Under the pieces are notes generated by a model. That model ran no database searches. It worked only from the letters and a program-made list of their open reading frames with translations, and had not been told where the DNA came from. The position numbers were made by a program, and so were the translations under genes. From Bacteroidota bacterium (GTDB lineage: Bacteria; Bacteroidota; Bacteroidia; UKL13-3): DNA of 42,476 nucleotides. Below are positions 33,746-41,875 of the stretch, in pieces (the stretch's first letter is position 1; every line of letters begins with the position of its first letter). The stretch lies in assembly GCA_947462865.1 (NCBI GenBank), contig CANHRW010000001.1:1-42476 (forward strand), written 5' to 3'.

Positions 33746-34381
33746 ATGGAATTAGACCACAGCTTTTTCTCAATGGAAACACCGTTGAGAGCAGATGCCT
33801 TTGAATTAGACGATGATTTAAAAGTTGAATTGATTGAAAAACATTTCAAAGAAATCATGCAAATTTTAGGCTTAGACTTAAATGACGATAGCTTAAAAGG
33901 TACGCCAAATAGGGTGGCTAAAATGTATGTGAAAGAGTTGTTCAAAGGATTGAACCCTAAGAACATGCCTGAGGCCAAACTTTTCGATAACAAATACAAT
34001 TACAAAAACATGTTGGTTGAGAAAAACATTTCCTTCCACAGTGTTTGTGAACACCACTTTGTACCCATTATTGGCAAAGCACATGTGGCTTACATTCCAA
34101 ATAAAGAGGTAGTAGGCTTGAGTAAACTCAATAGGATTGTAAGGTATTTTGCCCAAAGACCGCAGGTACAAGAACGCATGACCATGCAAATAGCCAATAT
34201 GCTCAAAGAGGTGTTGAATACCCAAGATGTAGCTGTTATTATAGAAGCCGATCACTTGTGTGTGGCCATGAGAGGCGTTCAAGATATCACTAGCAGCACT
34301 GTTACATCAGAGTTTTGCGGTAAATTCCAAGACGCCAAAACCAGAGAAGAACTGCTCAATTATATTGCGTTAAAGGGTTAG
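33746..34381 (+). CDS. folE: GTP cyclohydrolase I FolE
   Basis: GTPNRVAKMY, SVCEHHFVPIIGKAHVAYIP, RPQVQERMT and HLCVAMRGV motifs. There are two ATG candidates. 33686 overlaps the upstream gene by 47 nt, and 33746 lies 13 nt after its stop. I prefer 33746, with low certainty on the start. Confidence 0.9.
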   Translation: MELDHSFFSMETPLRADAFELDDDLKVELIEKHFKEIMQILGLDLNDDSLKGTPNRVAKMYVKELFKGLNPKNMPEAKLFDNKYNYKNMLVEKNISFHSVCEHHFVPIIGKAHVAYIPNKEVVGLSKLNRIVRYFAQRPQVQERMTMQIANMLKEVLNTQDVAVIIEADHLCVAMRGVQDITSSTVTSEFCGKFQDAKTREELLNYIALKG

Positions 34382-34384
34382 GCT

Positions 34385-35656
34385 TTAGAAACCAACATGT
34401 ATGCTGTTGCCTTTAACAATTGCTGTTTCTACCGAAGGCACCCCAAATGAATAAGGCAAGTAAGCTAATGAAGGAATTTCTTTGGTAATAAATACATTGC
34501 CAACCTTACCTTTGCTAATGCTGCCATGTGTTTTACTCAATTCAAGTGCATAAGCACCATTAATGGTTGCTGCATTTAAGGCTTCTTCTGGTGTTAATTT
34601 CATTTGAATGCAAGCTAGGCTAATTACAAAACCCATACGGCCATTTGGTGAGCTTCCTGGGTTGTAATCGGTGGCCAAACAAACAGGTAAGCCAGCGTCT
34701 ATCATTTGACGAACTGGGGCATAAGGTAAACCCAAAAAGAATGAACAATTGGGCAATGCAACAGGCATAGTAGCTGAATTTATCAAACAATGAATTTCAT
34801 CCTCACCTATGTGTTCCAAATGGTCAACACTCAAGGCTTGGTGTTTTACGGCTACCTGAACGCCTCCTGTAACACCCAGCTCATTGCCATGTATTTTTGC
34901 TTTAATATTGTACTTACTGGCAGCCGTTAACAATTGGTCCGTTTCGTCTACAGTAAAAAAACCTTGATCACAAAATACATCAAAATAATCGGCCAGGCCC
35001 TCCCCAGCAACAACAGGCAACATTTTGTCGATAACTAAATTAATGTATTCGGCTCTGTTGTTTTTATATTCCATTGGAATGGCGTGCGCACCTAAAAAAG
35101 TTGCTTTAATTTCTATGGGAGAAACAGCTTTCAATTGCTGAATGACACGCAACATTTTAATCTCGTCTTCAAAAGTTAAACCATAGCCACTTTTAATTTC
35201 AATGGCTCCAGTACCATATTTCATTACCTCTAACAAACGGGTATAAGCCCCTTGCATCAGTTCATGTTCAGACATGGCCCTGAGTTTTGCCGCGGAATTT
35301 AAAATACCCCCTCCTGCTGCAGCAATTTCTTCGTAAGATTTGCCTTTAATACGCATCACAAACTCCTCTTCTCTACTTTTAGCAAATACCATATGGGTAT
35401 GCGAATCAACAAAACTTGGCAGTACATATTTACCAGTTGCATCTTTAATTTCCATGTCTTTGCAATGGGTAAAACGGTCGGCAAATAAATTCAGCTCAGC
35501 CATGCTACCGTATTCCTCTATCATGCCATCTTTGATCCAAAGCCAGGCATTATCTATGCAAGTAAACTCTTGCATTTCTTTGCCTTTTTTTAATAAGCGA
35601 TTGCTTTCATCTACACCACAGAGTGCCTTGATATTTTTAATTAATACATTTCCCAT
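34385..35656 (-). CDS. hutI: Imidazolonepropionase
   Basis: 423 aa amidohydrolase. SFVDSHTHMVFAKSREEEF...YEEIAAAGGGILNS is the characteristic HutI N-terminal metal site and loop. Confidence 0.9.
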   Translation of the reverse strand: MGNVLIKNIKALCGVDESNRLLKKGKEMQEFTCIDNAWLWIKDGMIEEYGSMAELNLFADRFTHCKDMEIKDATGKYVLPSFVDSHTHMVFAKSREEEFVMRIKGKSYEEIAAAGGGILNSAAKLRAMSEHELMQGAYTRLLEVMKYGTGAIEIKSGYGLTFEDEIKMLRVIQQLKAVSPIEIKATFLGAHAIPMEYKNNRAEYINLVIDKMLPVVAGEGLADYFDVFCDQGFFTVDETDQLLTAASKYNIKAKIHGNELGVTGGVQVAVKHQALSVDHLEHIGEDEIHCLINSATMPVALPNCSFFLGLPYAPVRQMIDAGLPVCLATDYNPGSSPNGRMGFVISLACIQMKLTPEEALNAATINGAYALELSKTHGSISKGKVGNVFITKEIPSLAYLPYSFGVPSVETAIVKGNSIHVGF

Positions 35657-35764
35657 AGCCTGACAAAATAAAAGAATTTAATTCTCAAAATACAAGACTC
35701 CCCCATTTTAAATGAAATAGTAACTGAAAGTAATTTTTTAGGCTTGAAATTGTACTTTTATGCC

Positions 35765-38242
35765 ATGTTAAAAACCAGACTATTGGGTTGCCTAATTTTT
35801 GCATTTATACTGGCGGTATGTTCAAAAGCACATTCACAAGAAATTCAGTCAGACGCTTCCATTGCAGCACAATTTAAACAATTGAAACAAGGACTATCTG
35901 TGTTGTACATTGCAGCACACCCCGATGATGAAAACACGCAATTACTTACCTACTTATCGAAAGTAAAACATTTTAGAACGGCCTATTTGTCGCTGACCCG
36001 AGGCGATGGTGGACAAAATTTAATTGGCTCAGAACAAGGCATTGCATTGGGCATTGTCAGAACACATGAATTGGCCCAAGCACGTAAAATAGATGGCGCT
36101 GAACAATTCTTTACCCGAGCCTATGATTTTGGTTATAGTAAAACAGCAAAAGAAACCTTTCAAAACTGGAATAAATCTGCGTTGCTAGCAGATGTGGTTT
36201 TTGTAATCAGAAAATTTAAACCAACTGTCATCATTACTCGGTTCGATTCAGACGGATCAGGTGGACACGGACAACATACAGCCTCTGCTATACTCGCATA
36301 TGAGGCTTTTAAATTGGCTGCAGACCCTCATCAATTTCCTGAACAATTGAAATATGTTGATACACATCAATGCAAAAGACTATTTTACAACAGTATAGCC
36401 AATTGGCAACCATTCTCAACCAACAAAGCCAATTTAATGGCTTTAGAAATTGGTCAATTTATTCCAGAGTTAGGAAAAAACACAGGAGAAATAGCTGCTG
36501 AAAGCAGAAGTATGCACTTGAGTCAAGGATTTGGAACCGAGAAAAGAAGAGGCTTACAAACAGAATATTTTAAAGCCATTGCTGGCGATACCACAAACTT
36601 ATTTGGTGATTTATTCAAGGGCATTCCAAGTGAATCTGAAAGCATCGACCTAACACTCGCTTTCAAAAAATACATACAAAAAGCAGAAAAAGCGTGGCAA
36701 ACTAAACAGTTAAAACAGTGCAATACTTTCTTGTTTAAAGCCCGCCATCAACTTATTAAATTAGGCATTCAACCAAAGCATCATTTGCATAAAAACATTC
36801 AAAATCTTCTTTTGGCTGTGAATGGTATTTATATAGAATCGGTATACAAACAACAAGAACTACCTGTTGCTGGCGACTCTATAGCTATTGAAGTTGAAAT
36901 CAATTCCCGTCAATCCAACCAAGTTGTACTAAAAAACATTGCCATTGGTAACAAGCCATTCATTTTAAAACAAGCACAAGTATTGTCAAAAAACACAGCC
37001 TATGCCTATCAGACACAAATTTTGCTGGATACAGTTAACGCTTCAAATTTATATTGGCTCAACAAAGGTTTAAATCAAAATTTATATGCTATTGATTTGC
37101 CTGAAATTGGTACCGATATCGGTTCTACTTTTTCGATACCCGTTAGTTGGTACCTTCAAATTGGTAAAGATTCTTTGTATATAGAAAGCTCCGTGAATCA
37201 GAAAATAGTGACCCCTCAATCTGGTGAAACGTATAGAACACTCTTTGTAAACCCACCCCTATTACTGAGCCTTCCTAAACAATTATTCATTGCCCCAAAA
37301 GGGCAAAAACATACGTTAGCATTAGGCTTAAAAGCATTTAAAAACTTGCAATCAATACATCTCAATATTCAGGCCCCATTTGGGTGGAAAATAAATATAC
37401 CCAACCCAGAAACTACACTCTCAAAAGCAGAATTTAAAACTGTAAAAATTGAACTTATCGCTTCAGATTCTGCCCAAACAGGGCTACTTTTAGTTGAAGC
37501 AACTGATAGCCTTCAAACTTATTCACTGCAACAAGAAATCATTGAATATACGCATATTGGAAAACAGGTATACTATTTGCCAGCACAACTAAAACTATAC
37601 CCATATAACCTTCTGAGCAGTCACAAAAAAATCGGGTATATTACTGGAGCAAAAGACCTAACGCCAAGCATTTTAAAGGAACTTGGCTATGCTGTTGAAT
37701 TGATAAATGCCGACAAATTTGCCGAAATCCAATTAAGCGATTATGATGTATTGATATTTGGCATCAGAAGTTTTAATCTTTACCCACAACTTCATCAATA
37801 CAGAGAAAAATACTTGTCATTTGTGCAAGATGGTGGCAATTTATTGGTTTTATACCAAACCAATAGTTTTAGCAACAATCTTGATAAAACCATAGGTCCA
37901 TACCCATTTGGCATTTCAAAGGAGCGAACCACTAACGAAAATGCACCTGTACAATACAATGCGCAATCTGTATCATTTTTATCTAAACCCAATGCAATAG
38001 GAGCCGCCGATTTTGACAACTGGGTTCAAGAAAGAGGAATTTATTACGCCAATGAAATAGACAATGCATATAAAACCCCTTTACTCATTTCGGATTTTAA
38101 TGAATCACCCAATACCGGAGCAGTCATTCAGTGTAATTATGGAAAAGGAAAATTTACCTATACCGGGCTATCGTTTTTTAGACAACTACCTGCAGGGGTA
38201 AATGGAGCCGTTAAGTTGTTGCTAAACTTAATTGAACAATAA
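35765..38242 (+). CDS. Large PIG-L/LmbE-family deacetylase fusion protein (about 825 aa)
   Basis: Signal-like N-terminus. LmbE zinc motifs YIAAHPDDEN and GGHGQHTAS. A long middle region of unknown fold. The C-terminal part (YDVLIFGIRSFN...GGNLLVLYQT) resembles ThuA/class-I-amidotransferase-like folds. The track start 35744 is a TTG, so I use the ATG at 35765. Confidence 0.85.
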   Translation: MLKTRLLGCLIFAFILAVCSKAHSQEIQSDASIAAQFKQLKQGLSVLYIAAHPDDENTQLLTYLSKVKHFRTAYLSLTRGDGGQNLIGSEQGIALGIVRTHELAQARKIDGAEQFFTRAYDFGYSKTAKETFQNWNKSALLADVVFVIRKFKPTVIITRFDSDGSGGHGQHTASAILAYEAFKLAADPHQFPEQLKYVDTHQCKRLFYNSIANWQPFSTNKANLMALEIGQFIPELGKNTGEIAAESRSMHLSQGFGTEKRRGLQTEYFKAIAGDTTNLFGDLFKGIPSESESIDLTLAFKKYIQKAEKAWQTKQLKQCNTFLFKARHQLIKLGIQPKHHLHKNIQNLLLAVNGIYIESVYKQQELPVAGDSIAIEVEINSRQSNQVVLKNIAIGNKPFILKQAQVLSKNTAYAYQTQILLDTVNASNLYWLNKGLNQNLYAIDLPEIGTDIGSTFSIPVSWYLQIGKDSLYIESSVNQKIVTPQSGETYRTLFVNPPLLLSLPKQLFIAPKGQKHTLALGLKAFKNLQSIHLNIQAPFGWKINIPNPETTLSKAEFKTVKIELIASDSAQTGLLLVEATDSLQTYSLQQEIIEYTHIGKQVYYLPAQLKLYPYNLLSSHKKIGYITGAKDLTPSILKELGYAVELINADKFAEIQLSDYDVLIFGIRSFNLYPQLHQYREKYLSFVQDGGNLLVLYQTNSFSNNLDKTIGPYPFGISKERTTNENAPVQYNAQSVSFLSKPNAIGAADFDNWVQERGIYYANEIDNAYKTPLLISDFNESPNTGAVIQCNYGKGKFTYTGLSFFRQLPAGVNGAVKLLLNLIEQ

Positions 38243-38899
38243 TTATGCGTTGTTTTTGGCATGGTCTGCCAAGAATTGAGCCAATCCACTGTCTGTTAAT
38301 GGATGCTTCAATAATGCTAAAATACTGTTCAATGGGCTAGTAATTACATGCGCACCTACCTGAGCAGACTTTACAATATGTACAGGGTTTCTGATAGAAG
38401 CTGCTAGTATTTGTGTTTGATAGCCTTGCACAGCAAATATTTGTGATATTTCTGCAATAAGTTGTATGCCGTCGAATGAAATGTCATCTAAGCGGCCTAC
38501 AAATGGGCTAATGTAGGTAGCACCTGCTTTGGCAGCTAGTATGGCCTGACCAGAACTAAACACCAACGTGCAATTGGTTCTTATGCCTTTAGAAGTTAAA
38601 TATTTAATGGCTTTGATACCATCTTTAATCATCGGAATTTTTACAACTATGTTTTCATGGAGGGCTGCTAATTTTTCGCCTTCGGCAATCATTTCATTGT
38701 AAGTAGTAGCAATTACCTCTGCACTCACATCTCCATCTACAATATTACAGATGTCGACATAGTGTTTCAATACAGCTGCTTCGCCTTTAATACCTTCTTT
38801 TGCCATTAAAGAAGGGTTGGTTGTTACACCATCTAAAATACCTAAGTCGTTTGCTTCTTTAATTTGATCAAGATTTGCTGTATCGATAAAAAATTTCAT
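38243..38899 (-). CDS. fsa: Fructose-6-phosphate aldolase / type 3B transaldolase
   Basis: 218 aa. MKFFIDTANLDQIKEA start, GVTTNPSL and Schiff-base Lys context VVKIPM. Confidence 0.93.
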   Translation of the reverse strand: MKFFIDTANLDQIKEANDLGILDGVTTNPSLMAKEGIKGEAAVLKHYVDICNIVDGDVSAEVIATTYNEMIAEGEKLAALHENIVVKIPMIKDGIKAIKYLTSKGIRTNCTLVFSSGQAILAAKAGATYISPFVGRLDDISFDGIQLIAEISQIFAVQGYQTQILAASIRNPVHIVKSAQVGAHVITSPLNSILALLKHPLTDSGLAQFLADHAKNNA

Positions 38900-38919
38900 G
38901 TGTTTGATTTTAATGCATG

Positions 38920-38927
38920 CAAAGATA
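38920..38927 (-). promoter_or_regulatory. Candidate -7 box (TAtcTTTG on the minus strand) upstream of fsa
   Basis: The plus strand reads CAAAgaTA, 21 nt upstream of the start at 38899. Confidence 0.35.
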
Positions 38928-38971
38928 CTTTTTTGGCAATAAGTCTGAAAATGAAAACAAAAATAAAACGC

Positions 38972-39003
38972 AAAAAAAGTCCGATTGGTTACCCAATCGG
39001 ACT
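38972..39003 (-). terminator. Rho-independent terminator after the 58-aa ORF
   Basis: Perfect 11-bp hairpin AGTCCGATTGG-ttac-CCAATCGGACT. On the minus strand it is followed by 7 T. Confidence 0.8.
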
Positions 39004-39023
39004 TTTAAATATTTGAAATATAA

Positions 39024-39200
39024 TTATTTCTTTTTAAAACCTAGCAATGCAGCTCCTGTAGCCAAAAGACCAATAGCTGCATCAACAGGCACATCTATTG
39101 GGTCTCCACCATTATCTGGTACACCTTGTGCAAATAACTGATTTGCAAAAAGAATACCCAGCATTGTTAAAACAGTTACATACAATTTGATATTTTTCAT
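39024..39200 (-). CDS. 58-aa mini-protein: signal peptide plus PEP-CTERM-like (PID...hydrophobic...KKK) sorting tail
   Basis: Not in the ORF track (below 60 aa). Hand translation gives MKNIKLYVTVLTMLGILFANQLFAQGVPDNGGDPIDVPVDAAIGLLATGAALLGFKKK followed by a stop. It is ATG-initiated, has its own downstream terminator, and lies 72 nt downstream of the 768-aa gene on the same strand. Confidence 0.55.
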   Translation of the reverse strand: MKNIKLYVTVLTMLGILFANQLFAQGVPDNGGDPIDVPVDAAIGLLATGAALLGFKKK

Positions 39201-39272
39201 AATTATTCCTATTATCTACTTTTAAAATTAAACACTCTATATTTTGAATATGATTTAATAACCTACTAATGT

Positions 39273-41579
39273 TTAATTTTTAACAACTTTTGCAGTATTG
39301 ATTTTACCTAAAGTATCGGCAATTTCTATAAAATAAACGCCTGCGCTTTTTGAAGACAAATCAATTTCTATTCCTTTATTCAGGTTTGCATTCAAAACGG
39401 TGCCTTGTTGTACCAATTGACCTAAATTATTGAACAATTTATAATTGTATGTACCTTCAACACTGTTTAATTGAGTTGAAAGTGTTACCATTTGCTGAAC
39501 AGGATTTGGCATTACAGTCAATTGATTGGTTTTGTTAAATACAGCTGCTAAGTTTTTTAAATATTCAGCATTGCCTTTGTTTACAAAAACAATTTCGAAC
39601 CTGTTTTCACCTTTACTAGCCGCATCTGTATTAATTTCAAATTCAACCATTGGTTTTTCATTTAACAATGAAATTACCCCTAAATAATGGTCAACCAACA
39701 ATAAATCATATTGAGTAAAGTCTTTCTCCCCTTTTACAGTAAAAGTATGTTTACCTGTAAAATTTGAAGTAATTCCTAAGGGAATAGTTACTTGCTCCGA
39801 TACTGAAGGAATAGAATGAATACCATTTCTGTAAGGCTTACTAATGGCGTAAACGTTTAGAGAAGGGTTCATCATTTTTTCAGAATCAAACGCATCTTGT
39901 GCATCTGCAATACCTGGAATTATACCAAATAAAGCTTCATCTTGTAGTTGTCCATGCTTAACCAAAGACAACCTTAAAAATTGGCCTTGATTTTTAAACA
40001 ATTTAGTTGAAGGAGCTGCTGTTGCTTTAACAGATTCAATTGCAGTTAAAACAGGAGAAACTGCATTTGCCTTAACAAAAAACGCGCTGCCCGACTCTAT
40101 TAAATTAGACCCCCCATTGATACCTTGACCTATTGTTACATTGTAATTGGCATAGGCATTTGCCGAAGGGTTAAATATCCAGATAGCAGGATCAATATTG
40201 GTTTTGGTCCAACCTGCAGCATCCCAATTGATAGGTGATGGGTAAGGATTGCCAACCAAGTTCCATCCATTGCCATTAGATGCGTTGTAGGTAACTGGCA
40301 AATTAGTAGAACCAGATTGAATGGTTCCTGTTGCACTTAGAGTCACATCATTTGGAGAAACCACCGAGCCATCTAACAAAGTACAACCTTGCGCTCTATT
40401 GCCTCTTACAAAAACCCTGTAACCAACACCCGAAGTTAAATTGGTGGCATTTGTAGAAGAAATAGCTGTCCATGCATTGTTGTAAACTGTTGCACCTGTA
40501 TTTACAGCAGTTGCTGTATTGTCAACCACTGCAGTAGCTTCATTGAATGTATGCATAGATGGGCTGTTGTTAACAGTAGCATCAAACCCATTTGCATGTG
40601 CAGTTAATGTAGGACAGGCAGTACCACCTGAACCATTTCCGGTAATGTGAATTTGTTGTTGCCAACTCGAATCTATGCGAGCACCTGAATTGAATGGTGC
40701 AGAAAGAAATCTGAACCTTCTTCCGCTCGAGCCTGGAATGTATCTTTCTACAGTAAACTTATTCCCAATAATTCTAGCACTTGCAGGTAATTCTGCTAAT
40801 TGAGCAGTTCCTAAAATTGTTGATCTAAAAATACAATTTCCATAACTAGCCAAAGCAGTTCTTACTTTCAAAGTATTGGTATCTGCAACATTGTACGTTC
40901 CACCTGGGCCAATTACCAATGAGCGCACACCTAAAGAACCTGTATAAGTTCCTGCAAAAATGACTGCATCAGTTGTATCTTGTGGTAAGTTTTTATTCCA
41001 AGTAGTTCCATTCCAGTAATTGGGTGTTTTGCAATTTTTCTGACCTGCTGTTAATGTGTTGTTTGCAATTGGCGTATTGACACTTGCTACATATGCAGAT
41101 ACCAATGAATTTGGTGATGCCCATCTCCAGGTTAAGTTTGGAGCAGCTGTAGTTGAAAAACTAACTGTATTGGTTAAACGCATTCGGATAACTCTTTTAC
41201 CAGCTTGGTCAATTATGGTTCCTGCACCCGCACCCGGAGGAGTCTTAGCAGCAATAATTACATAATTACTGTTATTATAAGATACTGAAGTTGGTACTTG
41301 AGCGGCTAGTAAATCTGACGTTCCTGTAACTACACTGGCAGTAATGGTACCTGCATTTCTGAAGGATGCATTCATGTTCAAATAAAAAGTACCTGTAGAA
41401 TACTCCCATGTGGTTGTAGCTCCAGTAGCATACAATCTCACATCAAACTCATAAGTTGTGGCAGTAGGAAATGTTTCGTTTTCTACACGGCATTCGAACG
41501 ATTGTGCTGAAACAATTGAGTTCATAGCACTCAACACAAGTATCAAAAGTATTAATGATATTTTAGAAAAATTTCTCAT
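39273..41579 (-). CDS. Large secreted protein of unknown function with a T9SS type-A C-terminal sorting domain
   Basis: 768 aa. Signal peptide MRNFSKISLILLILVLSAMNSIVSAQ. The body is rich in Thr/Asn/Ser/Gly and contains the WNLVGNPYPSPINW motif. The C-terminal ~80 aa (VMPNPVQQMVTLS...YKLFNNLGQLV...GVYFIEIADTLGKINTAKVVKN) match the T9SS CTD pattern. Confidence 0.85.
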   Translation of the reverse strand: MRNFSKISLILLILVLSAMNSIVSAQSFECRVENETFPTATTYEFDVRLYATGATTTWEYSTGTFYLNMNASFRNAGTITASVVTGTSDLLAAQVPTSVSYNNSNYVIIAAKTPPGAGAGTIIDQAGKRVIRMRLTNTVSFSTTAAPNLTWRWASPNSLVSAYVASVNTPIANNTLTAGQKNCKTPNYWNGTTWNKNLPQDTTDAVIFAGTYTGSLGVRSLVIGPGGTYNVADTNTLKVRTALASYGNCIFRSTILGTAQLAELPASARIIGNKFTVERYIPGSSGRRFRFLSAPFNSGARIDSSWQQQIHITGNGSGGTACPTLTAHANGFDATVNNSPSMHTFNEATAVVDNTATAVNTGATVYNNAWTAISSTNATNLTSGVGYRVFVRGNRAQGCTLLDGSVVSPNDVTLSATGTIQSGSTNLPVTYNASNGNGWNLVGNPYPSPINWDAAGWTKTNIDPAIWIFNPSANAYANYNVTIGQGINGGSNLIESGSAFFVKANAVSPVLTAIESVKATAAPSTKLFKNQGQFLRLSLVKHGQLQDEALFGIIPGIADAQDAFDSEKMMNPSLNVYAISKPYRNGIHSIPSVSEQVTIPLGITSNFTGKHTFTVKGEKDFTQYDLLLVDHYLGVISLLNEKPMVEFEINTDAASKGENRFEIVFVNKGNAEYLKNLAAVFNKTNQLTVMPNPVQQMVTLSTQLNSVEGTYNYKLFNNLGQLVQQGTVLNANLNKGIEIDLSSKSAGVYFIEIADTLGKINTAKVVKN

Positions 41580-41583
41580 AATT

Positions 41584-41591
41584 CAAATTTA
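41584..41591 (-). promoter_or_regulatory. Candidate -7 box (TAaaTTTG on the minus strand) abutting the 768-aa gene start
   Basis: The plus strand reads CAAAttTA. On the minus strand the sequence is TAAATTTGAATTATG, so the box ends 4 nt before the ATG. Confidence 0.3.
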
Positions 41592-41770
41592 TTAAAAATT
41601 GTCAAAATAAATACATATTGATTTGAACAATTTATTTGATTGATGTTAAAACAATTGTTTCTTGATAAAAACTAAAGTTCCTCAAATTAATTAAAAGCCA
41701 AATACCAAATTGTAAAGTTTGTATCAATTCAATATGAAACTTTTGATTAAATATATTTTGAAACCTGTTT

Positions 41771-41805
41771 AAAAAAATAATGCCGGCGCTATGCGCCGGC
41801 ATTAT
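41771..41805 (-). terminator. Strong GC-rich rho-independent terminator after the dockerin-like protein gene
   Basis: 13-bp hairpin ATAATGCCGGCGC-tat-GCGCCGGCATTAT. On the minus strand it is followed by 7 T. Confidence 0.85.
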
Positions 41806-41875
41806 TTAGTTGATTAGTTTGATATCATTTTAAGAATTCAATTGCTTCTTAATGATTCACTAATTTTTAAATTGA

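Noticed and set aside
38917-39141. 74-aa plus-strand ORF from the track (MQRYFFGNKSENENKNK...)
   Set aside because: - It reads straight through the perfect terminator hairpin at 38978..39003.
- It has a low-complexity Lys/Asn-rich start and no recognisable features.
- The opposite strand encodes a much more protein-like signal-peptide/sorting-tail ORF (39024..39200).
- I treat it as a shadow ORF.
41580-41875. The 296-nt AT-rich spacer with many TTGAT-containing words, as a possible repeat array or small RNA
   Set aside because: - The TTGAT occurrences are irregularly spaced and not part of a longer shared unit.
- The only strong structure is the terminator hairpin at 41777..41805.
- The spacer is best read as terminator plus promoter region for the 768-aa gene.
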